Virus record (IMG/VR): IMGVR_UViG_3300013004_000041
Span: 17,061 to 81,060 of that record
Source: a virus
Strand: one strand, 5' to 3'
Length of the DNA: 64,000 nucleotides
Shown here: one piece after another, positions 38,628-48,165 of the stretch
How the letters are laid out: each line of letters opens with the position of its first letter
Numbering within the stretch: position 1 is the first letter of the stretch
Notes under the pieces: model-generated
The model's input: the letters and a program-made list of their open reading frames with translations, nothing else
Told to the model about the DNA's origin: nothing
Databases searched by the model: none
Made by a program: the position numbers and the translations under genes

Positions 38628-40445
38628 TTATGAAGAGGCAAGGTCTCCAACAACAACGAAGGTGTTGGCTGCTCTCTTAATAATTGTCGCTCCAGACCAA
38701 GTAGTTCTTGTCTTAGCGGTTGGTGTTCCATTTACAGTTACACCTGATCCACCAGCAATTGTTACCTGTCCTGCAGCAACTTGAAGAACTTCAAGTCTTT
38801 GACCCACTGGCCAGAAAGAGTTATCTGCAGGAATTGTAAATGTTCCTGCTGAAGCAGAGTTATACTCAATAATCATATTGACATCGCTTGATACGAATGT
38901 ATATGCGCCTGTCTTTTGAGCAATGTCTGCCGTCTTATTAGCCTTTGTATCAAGTGTTGTTGAAAGTGCTGTTCCGTTTAATGTTACAGAAGATGATGCT
39001 GGAAGAGCAACTGTTCCTGTAAATGTTGGAGATGCTAACGGAGCCTTTAATGCAAGTGCATTAGTTACTGTAGTAGCATAATTTGCATCGTCTCCAAGTG
39101 CTGCAGCAAGTTCATCAAGAGTATTTAATGCTCCTGGCGCTGCTGCAATAACTGCATCAACTTCAGCCTTTACGAATGCTGTTGTAGCAATTTGAGTAGT
39201 GTTTGTGCCTACTGAAGCAGTTGGAGCAGTTGGTGTTCCAGTTAATGCTGGTGAAGCCAACGGTGCCTTTGATGAAACTGCAGTATCTGTATATGTGTTT
39301 GCAGATGCTATTGCATTTGTTCCTGCTGTGTCAGCATATGTCTTTGTAGCAAGTGCTGATGTGTCTGCAATACCATGAACAGATGTTGTTGCTGCTTCGT
39401 GTGTATCAAGATCTGAGACAACAGTTGCTAAAGTACCTTCTGCTGTATCAAGATCTCCCTGAAGTGTAGAAATATTTGATTCTGCAGTATTTACATCAGA
39501 CTGTAGGGTAGAGACATCAGACTGTAGGGTAGAAACATCTCCCTGTAAGCCAGTGATGCTTACTTCTGCTGTATCGAGGTCTCCCTGGATAGCAGAGATA
39601 TTTGACTCTGCGGTTCCAAGGCTTGTATTAATTGTTCCAATGTCTGTTTCTGCATCAGTAACTCTTGAAGTTAAAGATGATAGATCAGATGTAGTAGTAG
39701 AAATTGTTCCTTCTGCTGCATCTACTCTTGTGTCTAATGATGCAATTGCAGATTCTGCATTATCAACATCAGTTTGTAATGTTGTTATGTTTCCTTCTGC
39801 TGTAGAAAGATTAGTCTGCAATGACCCAACATCAGTCTGTAGTGTTCCAATGTTTCCTTCTGCTGTATTTAAATCTGTTTGCAGATTTGTAATATTTGTT
39901 TCTGCTGTTGCTAAATCGCTTGCAGTATCTGATAAAGTTGCTGCATCTGCATACCCCTGAGACTTAACCCAAAATGTTGTTGCAATTCTTGTTGAATTTT
40001 CGTTAGAGTCTGGGTTTGGTGCTGCTGGTGATCCAAAGAATGTTGGGGATGTCAATGGAGCCTTTGTAGATAAAGCATTAATAATCGTATTTCCAAAAGA
40101 TGAATCTTCGTCAATTGCTGTTGCAATCTCGCTCAAAGTATCTAATAGGGCTGGTGCTCCATCAATAATATTTCCAAGTTGTGACATTGGAATATTTCCT
40201 GTGCTATCAAGAGTTGCAACGCCGTTTGCTGATGCCTTCTCTGTTAACAAAATATAATCGTCTAAATTACCACCTAGGTCTTCTAGGTTCTTAAAGTAGG
40301 AGAGATCTTCCCAATGGTTAACACCGTCACCAATTTTAAATTGGTTTGTGTCAGTTTCAAATCCGATTTCTCCTGCTGCCAAAATTGGATCTGCATCTGT
40401 CCATTGCTGTGCAGTTCCTCTGCGTTGCTGCATTCTTGTTGCCAT
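38628..40445 (-). CDS. tail fibre with Mtd-type N-terminal domain and coiled-coil stalk
   Basis: RMQQRRGT..W..PILAAGEIGFETDT..KIGDG; heptad repeats; APGALNTLDELAAAL; C-terminal VVGDL domain. Confidence 0.8.
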   Translation of the reverse strand: MATRMQQRRGTAQQWTDADPILAAGEIGFETDTNQFKIGDGVNHWEDLSYFKNLEDLGGNLDDYILLTEKASANGVATLDSTGNIPMSQLGNIIDGAPALLDTLSEIATAIDEDSSFGNTIINALSTKAPLTSPTFFGSPAAPNPDSNENSTRIATTFWVKSQGYADAATLSDTASDLATAETNITNLQTDLNTAEGNIGTLQTDVGSLQTNLSTAEGNITTLQTDVDNAESAIASLDTRVDAAEGTISTTTSDLSSLTSRVTDAETDIGTINTSLGTAESNISAIQGDLDTAEVSITGLQGDVSTLQSDVSTLQSDVNTAESNISTLQGDLDTAEGTLATVVSDLDTHEAATTSVHGIADTSALATKTYADTAGTNAIASANTYTDTAVSSKAPLASPALTGTPTAPTASVGTNTTQIATTAFVKAEVDAVIAAAPGALNTLDELAAALGDDANYATTVTNALALKAPLASPTFTGTVALPASSSVTLNGTALSTTLDTKANKTADIAQKTGAYTFVSSDVNMIIEYNSASAGTFTIPADNSFWPVGQRLEVLQVAAGQVTIAGGSGVTVNGTPTAKTRTTWSGATIIKRAANTFVVVGDLASS

Positions 40446-40511
40446 ATTTTATCTCTCCTTATAAGGGTTCTGCCCCTATTTTTTTTTCTACTGCTTATTA
40501 TAACATCAATT

Positions 40512-40967
40512 TTAGTTGAAGTTATCTACTGGAGAACCACCGTCAAATACTTGAGTCCAAGAATTTGAAGAAGGAGACCCTCCGTCTAAACTAGTGCCTT
40601 GTGGGCTATTGAAACTACCACCTTCACGGAAAGTAGTAACAATAAATCCTGTTCCATCGATTGCTGTATCGTGGATATGTTGTGGTAGGTTTAATGTATC
40701 ATCAATTGTTGCTTGTGTGTGCCATGCACCATTATAATAAAAGTTAACTCTATTTGTTAATGTATCAAGCCATTGTGTACCATTTGTTGGTGAAGAAGGA
40801 GCAGTATCGCCTACTGCCATAGATCCAGTTAATGAATCAACATATTCTTTGGTTGCTGCATGAGAGGCTAGTGTTGGTGCCCCTACTGTTACTGCACTTC
40901 CGAATGTACCGCCGTTAGTTACGACTAATCCATTCTTGACCTTAAAGTCTTTATCTACTGTTGCCAT
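40512..40967 (-). CDS. fibre-associated structural protein
   Basis: Shares the MAT..KDFKVKNGL N-terminus with the upstream gene; HAATKEYVD motif. Confidence 0.6.
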   Translation of the reverse strand: MATVDKDFKVKNGLVVTNGGTFGSAVTVGAPTLASHAATKEYVDSLTGSMAVGDTAPSSPTNGTQWLDTLTNRVNFYYNGAWHTQATIDDTLNLPQHIHDTAIDGTGFIVTTFREGGSFNSPQGTSLDGGSPSSNSWTQVFDGGSPVDNFN

Positions 40968-40996
40968 TTACTGCTCCTTCTTACCGTTTTATTTTA

Positions 40997-42628
40997 TTAC
41001 TTTAAAAGTGTTCCCATAACAGCAACTGTTGAGTTGTTATTATCGGTTGTTACACGAAGACGAACATCATTTCCAGAAACATCTGCTGAAACTGATCCAA
41101 GTGAACCATTTGTTCCAACCATTGCGTATTCTGTTACTGCGACATTGTCTGATGTATCAAGTGTCAAGATAACCTTTGAAACCTCTGTATGAGTTCCATT
41201 TGCAATCTTAACAAGGAATTCAGCAGAACGATAGTTTGCCTTAGCCCATGAAACTGCTGTGTTTGTGCTTGCAGTTGCAACAGATGCTTCTGCTGCCACC
41301 TGCTTTGCTACTGAGGCAATCTCTACTGCAGGGAAGTCTGGAGTAACTGCCTCAAGAGCAGAAACTGCACGAGCATCTGTGAAGTAAAGGTTTGTTGTAC
41401 CTTCTGCAAGTTGATCAGTATTAGAATCTGCTACACCGTTTTCTGCGGTGATGATAAGACCTGTAGTACTGTTACCTGTAATTGCGATATTTGTTAGTGA
41501 TGCATTGAGAAGAAGATTTGCTGCTGAAGCCTTTGCACGAGCATCTGTGTGGTAAAGGTTTGCTCCTCCCTCTTCAATATCATCTGTGTCAAGACCATTT
41601 ATTGCATTTGTTGTAAATGTCTCAGCATTAGTCTGTGCTGTTGAAGCAGAACCTGCTGCATCGTAGTTGATTGCAAGGCCGTCTGCGTAGTCTTCTGCTG
41701 CTTCTTGTGCTGCTGCTGCTGCACCATACATATCGTATGCTGCTGCTGTTGCTGCAAGGGCTGCTGTGTTAAAGTCAGAAATCTCTGCAGAGGTAAGACC
41801 TGTTACAGAAATAACATCATTTGTAATATCAATATTTGAGCCTGCAGTTAGAGTATCTTGCTTTCCTGCAACCAAGTTAGCAACATCTGTTGCGTAGTTT
41901 GGATTGTTAGCGATTGCATCAGCCAACTCATTGAGTGTATCAAGAAGTGCTGGTGCGCCATCTACAAGTGCTGCGACTGCCTCATCTGCATGCTGCTCTG
42001 CTGCTGCTTGTGCTGCTGCTGCTGCACCCTTTGCATCGTATGTATTAGATAGATCTAATGCTGTAATAGCATTATCTGTATAGGTATTTGCATCTGTTTC
42101 TGCATCTGCAATCTGTCCTTCAAGAGTTGTTACTGCTGAAGAAAGAGCATTTGATGCTGTTAGTTCTGCTGCTGCCTGGGCTGCGTTAGCCTTTGAAGTA
42201 GCGTCTGCTGCTGCATCTGCAATTGCTTCACCCTTTGCTGTAGCAACCTCTGCGTCTGTAGCAAAATCGCTATCAAGGGTTGTTGAAATTTGTACGTTTG
42301 CTGTACCGTCAAAAGATACAGAACCAGTTACATCACCAGTAAGTTCAATTGTACGAGCAGTCTCAAGTGCTGTTGCTGTATCTGCATTACCAGTTACATC
42401 GCCTGTAAGATTTGCTGTTATTGTTCCAGCAGAAAAGTTGCCTGAGCCATCACGCTTTACAACCTTATTTGCTTCATTTGCTGATGTGGCAGTTCCGCCA
42501 ATCAGGCTGACGATATAATTCTGATCGTCTGTTTTCTTTGTAAGAATGTCAAAATTGTCAACCGTTGCTGTTGTGCCTTCAACAATGAGACCATTCTTTA
42601 CCTTAAAGTCTTTATTTAATGTTGCCAT
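40997..42628 (-). CDS. tail fibre-like protein
   Basis: 543 aa Ala-rich; RDGSGNFSAGTITA, APALLDTLNELA and EGTTNLYFT motifs. Confidence 0.7.
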   Translation of the reverse strand: MATLNKDFKVKNGLIVEGTTATVDNFDILTKKTDDQNYIVSLIGGTATSANEANKVVKRDGSGNFSAGTITANLTGDVTGNADTATALETARTIELTGDVTGSVSFDGTANVQISTTLDSDFATDAEVATAKGEAIADAAADATSKANAAQAAAELTASNALSSAVTTLEGQIADAETDANTYTDNAITALDLSNTYDAKGAAAAAQAAAEQHADEAVAALVDGAPALLDTLNELADAIANNPNYATDVANLVAGKQDTLTAGSNIDITNDVISVTGLTSAEISDFNTAALAATAAAYDMYGAAAAAQEAAEDYADGLAINYDAAGSASTAQTNAETFTTNAINGLDTDDIEEGGANLYHTDARAKASAANLLLNASLTNIAITGNSTTGLIITAENGVADSNTDQLAEGTTNLYFTDARAVSALEAVTPDFPAVEIASVAKQVAAEASVATASTNTAVSWAKANYRSAEFLVKIANGTHTEVSKVILTLDTSDNVAVTEYAMVGTNGSLGSVSADVSGNDVRLRVTTDNNNSTVAVMGTLLK

Positions 42629-42645
42629 TTGTTATCTCCTTTTTA

Positions 42646-43092
42646 TTACGCCTTAAGTCCAATTCGTGCATAACGAACTGTGACTGGACGGATTGTTGGG
42701 TCTGGAGTTACTGTAATTGAAACAGTATTTCCTACCCTAGAGACGCTAATGGTGCCAATATTCCCATCGTTGTCTATTGTTCCATATTCAGAGACGCTTA
42801 CATTTGTACCGTCTACTAAAATGGTCAATTCTGTTGCATAGAATTTATTGTCTCCTGCTGTTACTTTAGCAATCGACACAAGGTACTTAACCATACGCCA
42901 TTCAGTGGCATCGAAGTTATCGATAACTGTTGGGTTCTCAATACCGTTGATTGTATTTTCATTATTACCGTGTGAACCAAGATCAAGCGACTGACCAGCA
43001 GCGCTGTCAATTAAATCTTCGTAGTCTTGTTGACTTGGACGATCTCCAGATTCAAACTTTGTTTTTAGTGTAGCAAGTGATATTTTTGCCAT
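42646..43092 (-). CDS. structural protein, C-terminus similar to that of 40997..42628
   Basis: LKTKFESGDRP..DLIDS N-terminus; VSEYG motif. Confidence 0.55.
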   Translation of the reverse strand: MAKISLATLKTKFESGDRPSQQDYEDLIDSAAGQSLDLGSHGNNENTINGIENPTVIDNFDATEWRMVKYLVSIAKVTAGDNKFYATELTILVDGTNVSVSEYGTIDNDGNIGTISVSRVGNTVSITVTPDPTIRPVTVRYARIGLKA

Positions 43093-43122
43093 GGCTATAT
43101 TATAACTCCCTTTTTATTTTTT

Positions 43123-43368
43123 TCAGAGGATGTAGTTATTGTAGCCAACAACTGCAACTCCAATACCAGCAGGATTTTCTTTAGAAAACCCAAAAACACC
43201 AACATTTATAAATTGCACCCTGAAAGGTAAAATATCTTCTATTGTAGATTTATATTTTATATCATTTATTCTAATTGATCTTTTATCGAGTTCTGTTATT
43301 TGTGCATGTGCTAAACGATGAGTGGTTCTATATATTTGCTTAGATAGTTTTTGTGCGTTTGTTTGCAT
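43123..43368 (-). CDS. hypothetical protein
   Basis: 81-aa ORF coupled to the upstream gene. Confidence 0.55.
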   Translation of the reverse strand: MQTNAQKLSKQIYRTTHRLAHAQITELDKRSIRINDIKYKSTIEDILPFRVQFINVGVFGFSKENPAGIGVAVVGYNNYIL

Positions 43369-43757
43369 TATTCCGTTACATCTTCAATGATAACCATAGA
43401 TCCCTTGGCTACCGTCCAAACTCTTGTGCCAGAATCTAATTCTGTGAGTTGGATATCAAAGATGTCTCCTGTTTCTAAAATTTCTGATTGTGCTGCTGTC
43501 AAAGAAACAGTAAAACTACCCTCTACATCTTGAAACTCAATTGGTTCAGGAGTTAAAGATAAAACAACTTCGTCTGTTGATGGACGATAAACATCCATGG
43601 CAACTTCCCAATCTTCAAATAATAATGGATTTCTTTCGTCATCTGTTACATAAACTCTAAATGCTGCAGAGTCTCCTCTAACTACCGTCCAACGAATTTC
43701 TGGTGGTGTTGAACCTAAAGAATAACTATCTGTTGTTTGATTTCTAAAGGTGGCCAT
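43368..43757 (-). CDS. BppU-N-like baseplate/fibre adaptor
   Basis: VVRGDS..FDIQL..TVAKG pattern; paralogous to 52533..52964 and 54513..54911. Confidence 0.5.
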   Translation of the reverse strand: MATFRNQTTDSYSLGSTPPEIRWTVVRGDSAAFRVYVTDDERNPLLFEDWEVAMDVYRPSTDEVVLSLTPEPIEFQDVEGSFTVSLTAAQSEILETGDIFDIQLTELDSGTRVWTVAKGSMVIIEDVTE

Positions 43758-43774
43758 ATCTTGATTATATCATA

Positions 43775-44290
43775 TTAGGCTAGTCCAGCCTTCAATGCTC
43801 CCCATGTTCCATTGCCTTTTGCTTGAATAACAATTACACCAGTTGTAGGGTTTGAAACAGCAACAATTCCAATGGCCCCACCAACGACGGTATCTGTAAG
43901 AGAACCAGAAGAATCTACATATAATAATTCTCCTACAGAAAAACCACTAGTATTAACATTTGTTAAAACGCCAGCAACTACCACTTCTCCACTTGCACCA
44001 TCTGTCAATGATGTTTTTGTCAACCCAAGAAATGGATAATTATCTGATAGTGATGATGTAAATAATTCTATTTGAGTTTTATTATTAATGTGACCTACAG
44101 CATAGACTGGCTTTGCTGCGCCTATTGTTGATCCTGAATTATTTATTACTTTTACCCGCACATTTGACGCATCAAGAGAAGCAATAGCATCGTCAACATC
44201 GTCTGCTAATTTTTTAATATCATTATGCACATTAACAGAGTCAGTTGCCTGTGGATAAGTTAGACCATAGTTATTAGTTATTTCAGCCAT
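43775..44290 (-). CDS. putative structural protein
   Basis: TNNYGLTYP..DIKKLA..VD N-terminus and GEVVVAG motif. Confidence 0.5.
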   Translation of the reverse strand: MAEITNNYGLTYPQATDSVNVHNDIKKLADDVDDAIASLDASNVRVKVINNSGSTIGAAKPVYAVGHINNKTQIELFTSSLSDNYPFLGLTKTSLTDGASGEVVVAGVLTNVNTSGFSVGELLYVDSSGSLTDTVVGGAIGIVAVSNPTTGVIVIQAKGNGTWGALKAGLA

Positions 44291-44312
44291 AGACAAATAT
44301 TATATCATTGTT

Positions 44313-44342
44313 TGACTATATGTCCCAAATTGTGTTATACTA
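44313..44342 (+). promoter_or_regulatory. housekeeping-sigma promoter for the lysozyme-like gene
   Basis: TTGACT-N18-TATACT with extended TG. Confidence 0.6.
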
Positions 44343-44397
44343 AGAAGTAACATGGCACCCTTTAACAAGGTGTCATTCCGTTTCTAAGGAGGAAACT

Positions 44398-44961
44398 ATG
44401 ATGAACTTTATGAATAATAACAGGCAAATCATTGGCACACTCAGCATATTAGCAATGTTTGGCGTTTGGTCAAATGCCGCTAATGCTTCTGAAAACCGAT
44501 TAGACGATAGTAAAAATATCGTGCTGCAAGAAACAATAGAGGCCACGAAAGTGGCCAAAAGTGTTTCTGAGGCTAAAGAAGATCAGTTAGAAAAATATAA
44601 AAATGCTGTAAATCTATCTGACAAAGAACTTAAAAATCTACTATATTTAGTAGGTTTTGAAGGTCAAAAACTAAGAGAGGCTTGGGCTATTGCTAAGAAA
44701 GAATCTGGCGGTAGACCAATGGCGTTAAACCTTAGTAAAAGAACTGGAGATAGTTCTTATGGCTTATTTCAAATAAATATGATTGGCGACCTTGGTCCTG
44801 AGCGTAGAGATAAGTTTAAATTAGAATCAAACTACGAGTTATTTAATCCAGTATTAAATGCTCAAATTGCATTTCACATGTCAAACGGCGGTGAAAATTG
44901 GATTGCCTGGAAGGGCATCACTCCAAGAACAAAAAGTCTAATGTCTAATTTTCCACATTAG
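44398..44961 (+). CDS. signal-anchored lysozyme-like/lytic transglycosylase
   Basis: N-terminal hydrophobic segment; AIAKKESGG, SYGLFQIN, LFNPVLNA and W.AW motifs; RBS AAGGAGG. Confidence 0.8.
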   Translation: MMNFMNNNRQIIGTLSILAMFGVWSNAANASENRLDDSKNIVLQETIEATKVAKSVSEAKEDQLEKYKNAVNLSDKELKNLLYLVGFEGQKLREAWAIAKKESGGRPMALNLSKRTGDSSYGLFQINMIGDLGPERRDKFKLESNYELFNPVLNAQIAFHMSNGGENWIAWKGITPRTKSLMSNFPH

Positions 44962-45661
44962 TATTTTCCCATAAGTGTTTTTCTTTTTGATATCTTTCTT
45001 CAAATTCTAAAACACCACGGTAATCACAGCATGGGCATATTGGTCTTCCGTCGGAATAATCTGGCTGAGACCAATATCCCATTCTGGCCCTAAATCTAAA
45101 GTCTGCCTCATGTCCATGCTTATCAAAACCAGCCTTTCCGCCTTCTGTAAAAAACCAATGGTCTGGCTCCGCAAATTGCATAAACAATAATGTTACATAG
45201 TCATCTTCGTTATCGCTTGGGTATGGAGTTCTCCAATGAAGCATATCATTTCCAGAAAATAACACACAACTATTAGGCTCTTCTTCAAACTCTTGATCTT
45301 CAACAACAAGTTTCCAATCTACAGTTTTCTCAATACAAATATCTAAAGAATATTGACAAGCAGACTGATCCCAATGCTTCCACAATTGTGGCTTAATTCC
45401 ATTTTGCATTTGGTACCTTGCTGTATGAAAGCCTGCACGTTTTAAGTTTGGATTATTAAATGTTTTTCTTGCTATATCTAAGATTTCTTTTTCTGTTTCT
45501 TCATCAAAATGAATTTCTGTAAGCCATCTACCAGCAACGGTATGATAGAAATGATTTCCGTCTGGTCCCATATTTTTATCTAATATTTGCTTTTTAACAT
45601 TGCCAAACATATGCGGTGGCAAAAAATTTTTAATAGCGATTGGGCTAGTTATTGATGACAT
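44945..45661 (-). CDS. putative 2OG-Fe(II) oxygenase
   Basis: LWKHWD (HxD)...HWR; paralog of the adjacent gene; C-terminal CPCC. Confidence 0.7.
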   Translation of the reverse strand: MSSITSPIAIKNFLPPHMFGNVKKQILDKNMGPDGNHFYHTVAGRWLTEIHFDEETEKEILDIARKTFNNPNLKRAGFHTARYQMQNGIKPQLWKHWDQSACQYSLDICIEKTVDWKLVVEDQEFEEEPNSCVLFSGNDMLHWRTPYPSDNEDDYVTLLFMQFAEPDHWFFTEGGKAGFDKHGHEADFRFRARMGYWSQPDYSDGRPICPCCDYRGVLEFEERYQKEKHLWENTNVEN

Positions 45662-46205
45662 TATTACTCCTATTTTGTTCTCTTATTTTTTCAACATACC
45701 CTGGGCCTTCTGTAAAAAACCAATGGTCTGGCTCTACATAATGAAAAAACACTACACCAATTTTATCATAATTATTAACTTTAGTATCTCTCCAATGCTC
45801 GTACTTTTCACCCATAAACATAACTGCCTCATTTGGCTCTGCCAAAAATTCAACACCATCTACAAATATTCCCCATGGCTCATTTTGATACAGAACTAGG
45901 TCTAGGGTATATGTACATGCATTGGCATCCTTGTGTCTATGTAAACTAATAGTTTCTGATGAATATTCAGCAAAAAGAGAGTATGAAGGAAGGGCTGTTT
46001 CTGTTCCAAAAAACTCCCTTACTTTTGGCAATAATATATTACTATATTCTTTTAGTATTGACTCTGACCCATCACCAAGTAGTTTTCTGCCAAACTCGTC
46101 TGTTCCTATTCTAGACAATAGTTCATGATTTTTAAAATATTCACAGATTCTATTAAAGTCTTCTGGGCTAAGAGCATTTTTTATAATTCCTAACTCTTTA
46201 TTCAT
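45645..46205 (-). CDS. putative 2OG-Fe(II) oxygenase
   Basis: LHRHKD..C.YT...EHWR...FFHY. Confidence 0.7.
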   Translation of the reverse strand: MNKELGIIKNALSPEDFNRICEYFKNHELLSRIGTDEFGRKLLGDGSESILKEYSNILLPKVREFFGTETALPSYSLFAEYSSETISLHRHKDANACTYTLDLVLYQNEPWGIFVDGVEFLAEPNEAVMFMGEKYEHWRDTKVNNYDKIGVVFFHYVEPDHWFFTEGPGYVEKIREQNRSNNVINN

Positions 46206-46983
46206 TTATATACCTCTTCATATTTCCAGAAAAATAATGATGTATAAAGACATCATCTTTATTTGTTGTATCAAAGTCTGTACCTAAACATATATCTTTA
46301 TCTTCAAAATACTCATATTTTATATTGCTTTGACGAATATTATAATATGCAGCATATTGAGAAACATTCCAGAAGAAGATGTGATCTGTATTTGAATTAA
46401 GGCTACTAAAAATTTTATCTGTAAAATTATTAATTGTATCTATCCACAGTAGTTCAAAGTCTTTTAAGATTTTATTTATTTCTGTTTTACTTAATATCAT
46501 TTGTCCATCATTGATTCCTGGATTTATATTAAGACTCTTTATAAAATTTTGAACAACGCCGTCGTTAAACTCTTTTTTAAAATAACACATGTCCTTATTG
46601 TATTTATTTAATAATTCTATTGGACTTTTATAAAAAATAGTATCTGTATCTAAAAATAAAACTCTATCATATTCATGCTGTTTGATAAAATTTAAAATAT
46701 TTATCCATCTATGATGAAGCCAAATGTTCCATGGATGAACTGGAACTTTATTGCTCCATCTTTTAAAAACCTCATCATTGTTAAAATCAATAAGAATAAC
46801 TTTATTATCTATAAAAAACTGGTCTATAATTTTTGTTTTAGATGATATGTAAACAAAAATATCAATATCTGAAAACTTTCTTATTGAAGATATGGAATGT
46901 TTCAATTGTTTATAGTTATGATGAACTGATGGATTGTCTTCAAAATATAAAGAATATAAAACTGCAGTTTTTAGGCCATCCAT
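46198..46983 (-). CDS. GT-A fold glycosyltransferase
   Basis: VLFLDTDTIF (DxD), INDG and C-terminal IHHY. Confidence 0.7.
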   Translation of the reverse strand: MDGLKTAVLYSLYFEDNPSVHHNYKQLKHSISSIRKFSDIDIFVYISSKTKIIDQFFIDNKVILIDFNNDEVFKRWSNKVPVHPWNIWLHHRWINILNFIKQHEYDRVLFLDTDTIFYKSPIELLNKYNKDMCYFKKEFNDGVVQNFIKSLNINPGINDGQMILSKTEINKILKDFELLWIDTINNFTDKIFSSLNSNTDHIFFWNVSQYAAYYNIRQSNIKYEYFEDKDICLGTDFDTTNKDDVFIHHYFSGNMKRYINE

Positions 46984-47537
46984 TGAACTATCACATACCT
47001 TAATCCATCTGTAACTGGATGAACCTCGTGGTTATATACAAAGTTTGATGGGAATATAAGAAGTTGATTTTTTTGAGCCTTAAATCTTAGGCCAAATCGT
47101 TTAAACTCTACATCCCCTCCTTCATATTCATCATTTAGGTAATAAGTCAAAGATATTCTTCTTGTAAAAAATGGATGATCGTCTATATGGTCATGGAACT
47201 TTTGTTCTTTACCATACCTCAAAAGTTGTGGGTGTTCAAATTTTTCTATTTTTGCTGCATAATAAGCAAGGTATTGATCAAGACATGGTCTAAGTTCTTT
47301 GTGAAATTCTTTAGAAAAGTCTGCAAGTAATCCAGTTGCATCATTCATGTGATGTGGTAGCATTATCAGATCTGTATCTCTTGCTTTATAATTTGTACCA
47401 GATTTATTTTCATCCTGATTAACTAAGACTTCTGCTGCTTGCCAAGACATGCCCTGATCTTCTATTTTATTAATATACTCCATAGAGTTTTGAAATATAT
47501 TATCAAAAACAACAATTCCTGGTGCTAATTCTTTCAT
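46971..47537 (-). CDS. prolyl 4-hydroxylase-like 2OG-Fe(II) oxygenase
   Basis: LLRY..HID..YLNDEYEGG..HEVHPVTDGLRY; start at ATG 47537 just after the upstream stop. Confidence 0.85.
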   Translation of the reverse strand: MKELAPGIVVFDNIFQNSMEYINKIEDQGMSWQAAEVLVNQDENKSGTNYKARDTDLIMLPHHMNDATGLLADFSKEFHKELRPCLDQYLAYYAAKIEKFEHPQLLRYGKEQKFHDHIDDHPFFTRRISLTYYLNDEYEGGDVEFKRFGLRFKAQKNQLLIFPSNFVYNHEVHPVTDGLRYVIVQWMA

Positions 47538-47539
47538 AC

Positions 47540-47770
47540 TTACCACTTTCCTAATGGGCACGTGGCCCCTTCTAGTTTTACTTTAAGGTTCATTAAACAT
47601 CCACACTTCTTGCATTGCTTTGTAGCATTGATTAGTTCTGGACACAATAAGCATATATTATATCTAGAGTATGCGACCTCATCTGTTGCCCTTGGTGCTT
47701 GAGGATTTAATAAATCCCAAGGCCTTGTTGATCCTAAATTTTGCTTATATCTCTCCCATGGAGTTGTCAT
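47540..47770 (-). CDS. small Cys-rich protein (DUF6171-like)
   Basis: R..IC..CP..CKKCGC.M.LK..L..A.CPLGKW; paralog at 57262..57462. Confidence 0.7.
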   Translation of the reverse strand: MTTPWERYKQNLGSTRPWDLLNPQAPRATDEVAYSRYNICLLCPELINATKQCKKCGCLMNLKVKLEGATCPLGKW

Positions 47771-47772
47771 TT

Positions 47773-48138
47773 TTATTCTTTCTTAGTTCTTATAGAATGA
47801 CCAAAATGTAACTTTGGATTGCTTGCAAGCATTGATCCAAGTTGTGATGTAGTTGTTAACTGATTTATTTCATTATTATTAATATCAATAAACTTAATAA
47901 TTGAACAATCATCATTTACGCATTCTATTTTAGATGAATTCTGTAATATTTCTATAAACCAGGAATGCGTAGAAAACTGTTTAGCAGCCTCAATTTTTCC
48001 ATCATCATTATAAATGCAAACAATTGTTCCAGGAACGTGATACTCATCACCAACATTTAATTTTTCAGTTAGCAATGCCTCGTCTTCATCATTAAAAAAT
48101 ATATCATTATCAGTTAACATAGTAATCCATTCTATCAT
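47773..48138 (-). CDS. hypothetical protein
   Basis: 121-aa ORF directly after the PPVT repeat gene. Confidence 0.55.
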   Translation of the reverse strand: MIEWITMLTDNDIFFNDEDEALLTEKLNVGDEYHVPGTIVCIYNDDGKIEAAKQFSTHSWFIEILQNSSKIECVNDDCSIIKFIDINNNEINQLTTTSQLGSMLASNPKLHFGHSIRTKKE

Positions 48139-48165
48139 TAAACTTAAAGTTTTGCAAGTTATATT

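Noticed and set aside
38628-40445. Diversity-generating retroelement suggested by the Mtd-type N-terminus
   Set aside because: Only the N-terminal anchoring domain is present; no reverse transcriptase or TR/VR pair seen in the window.
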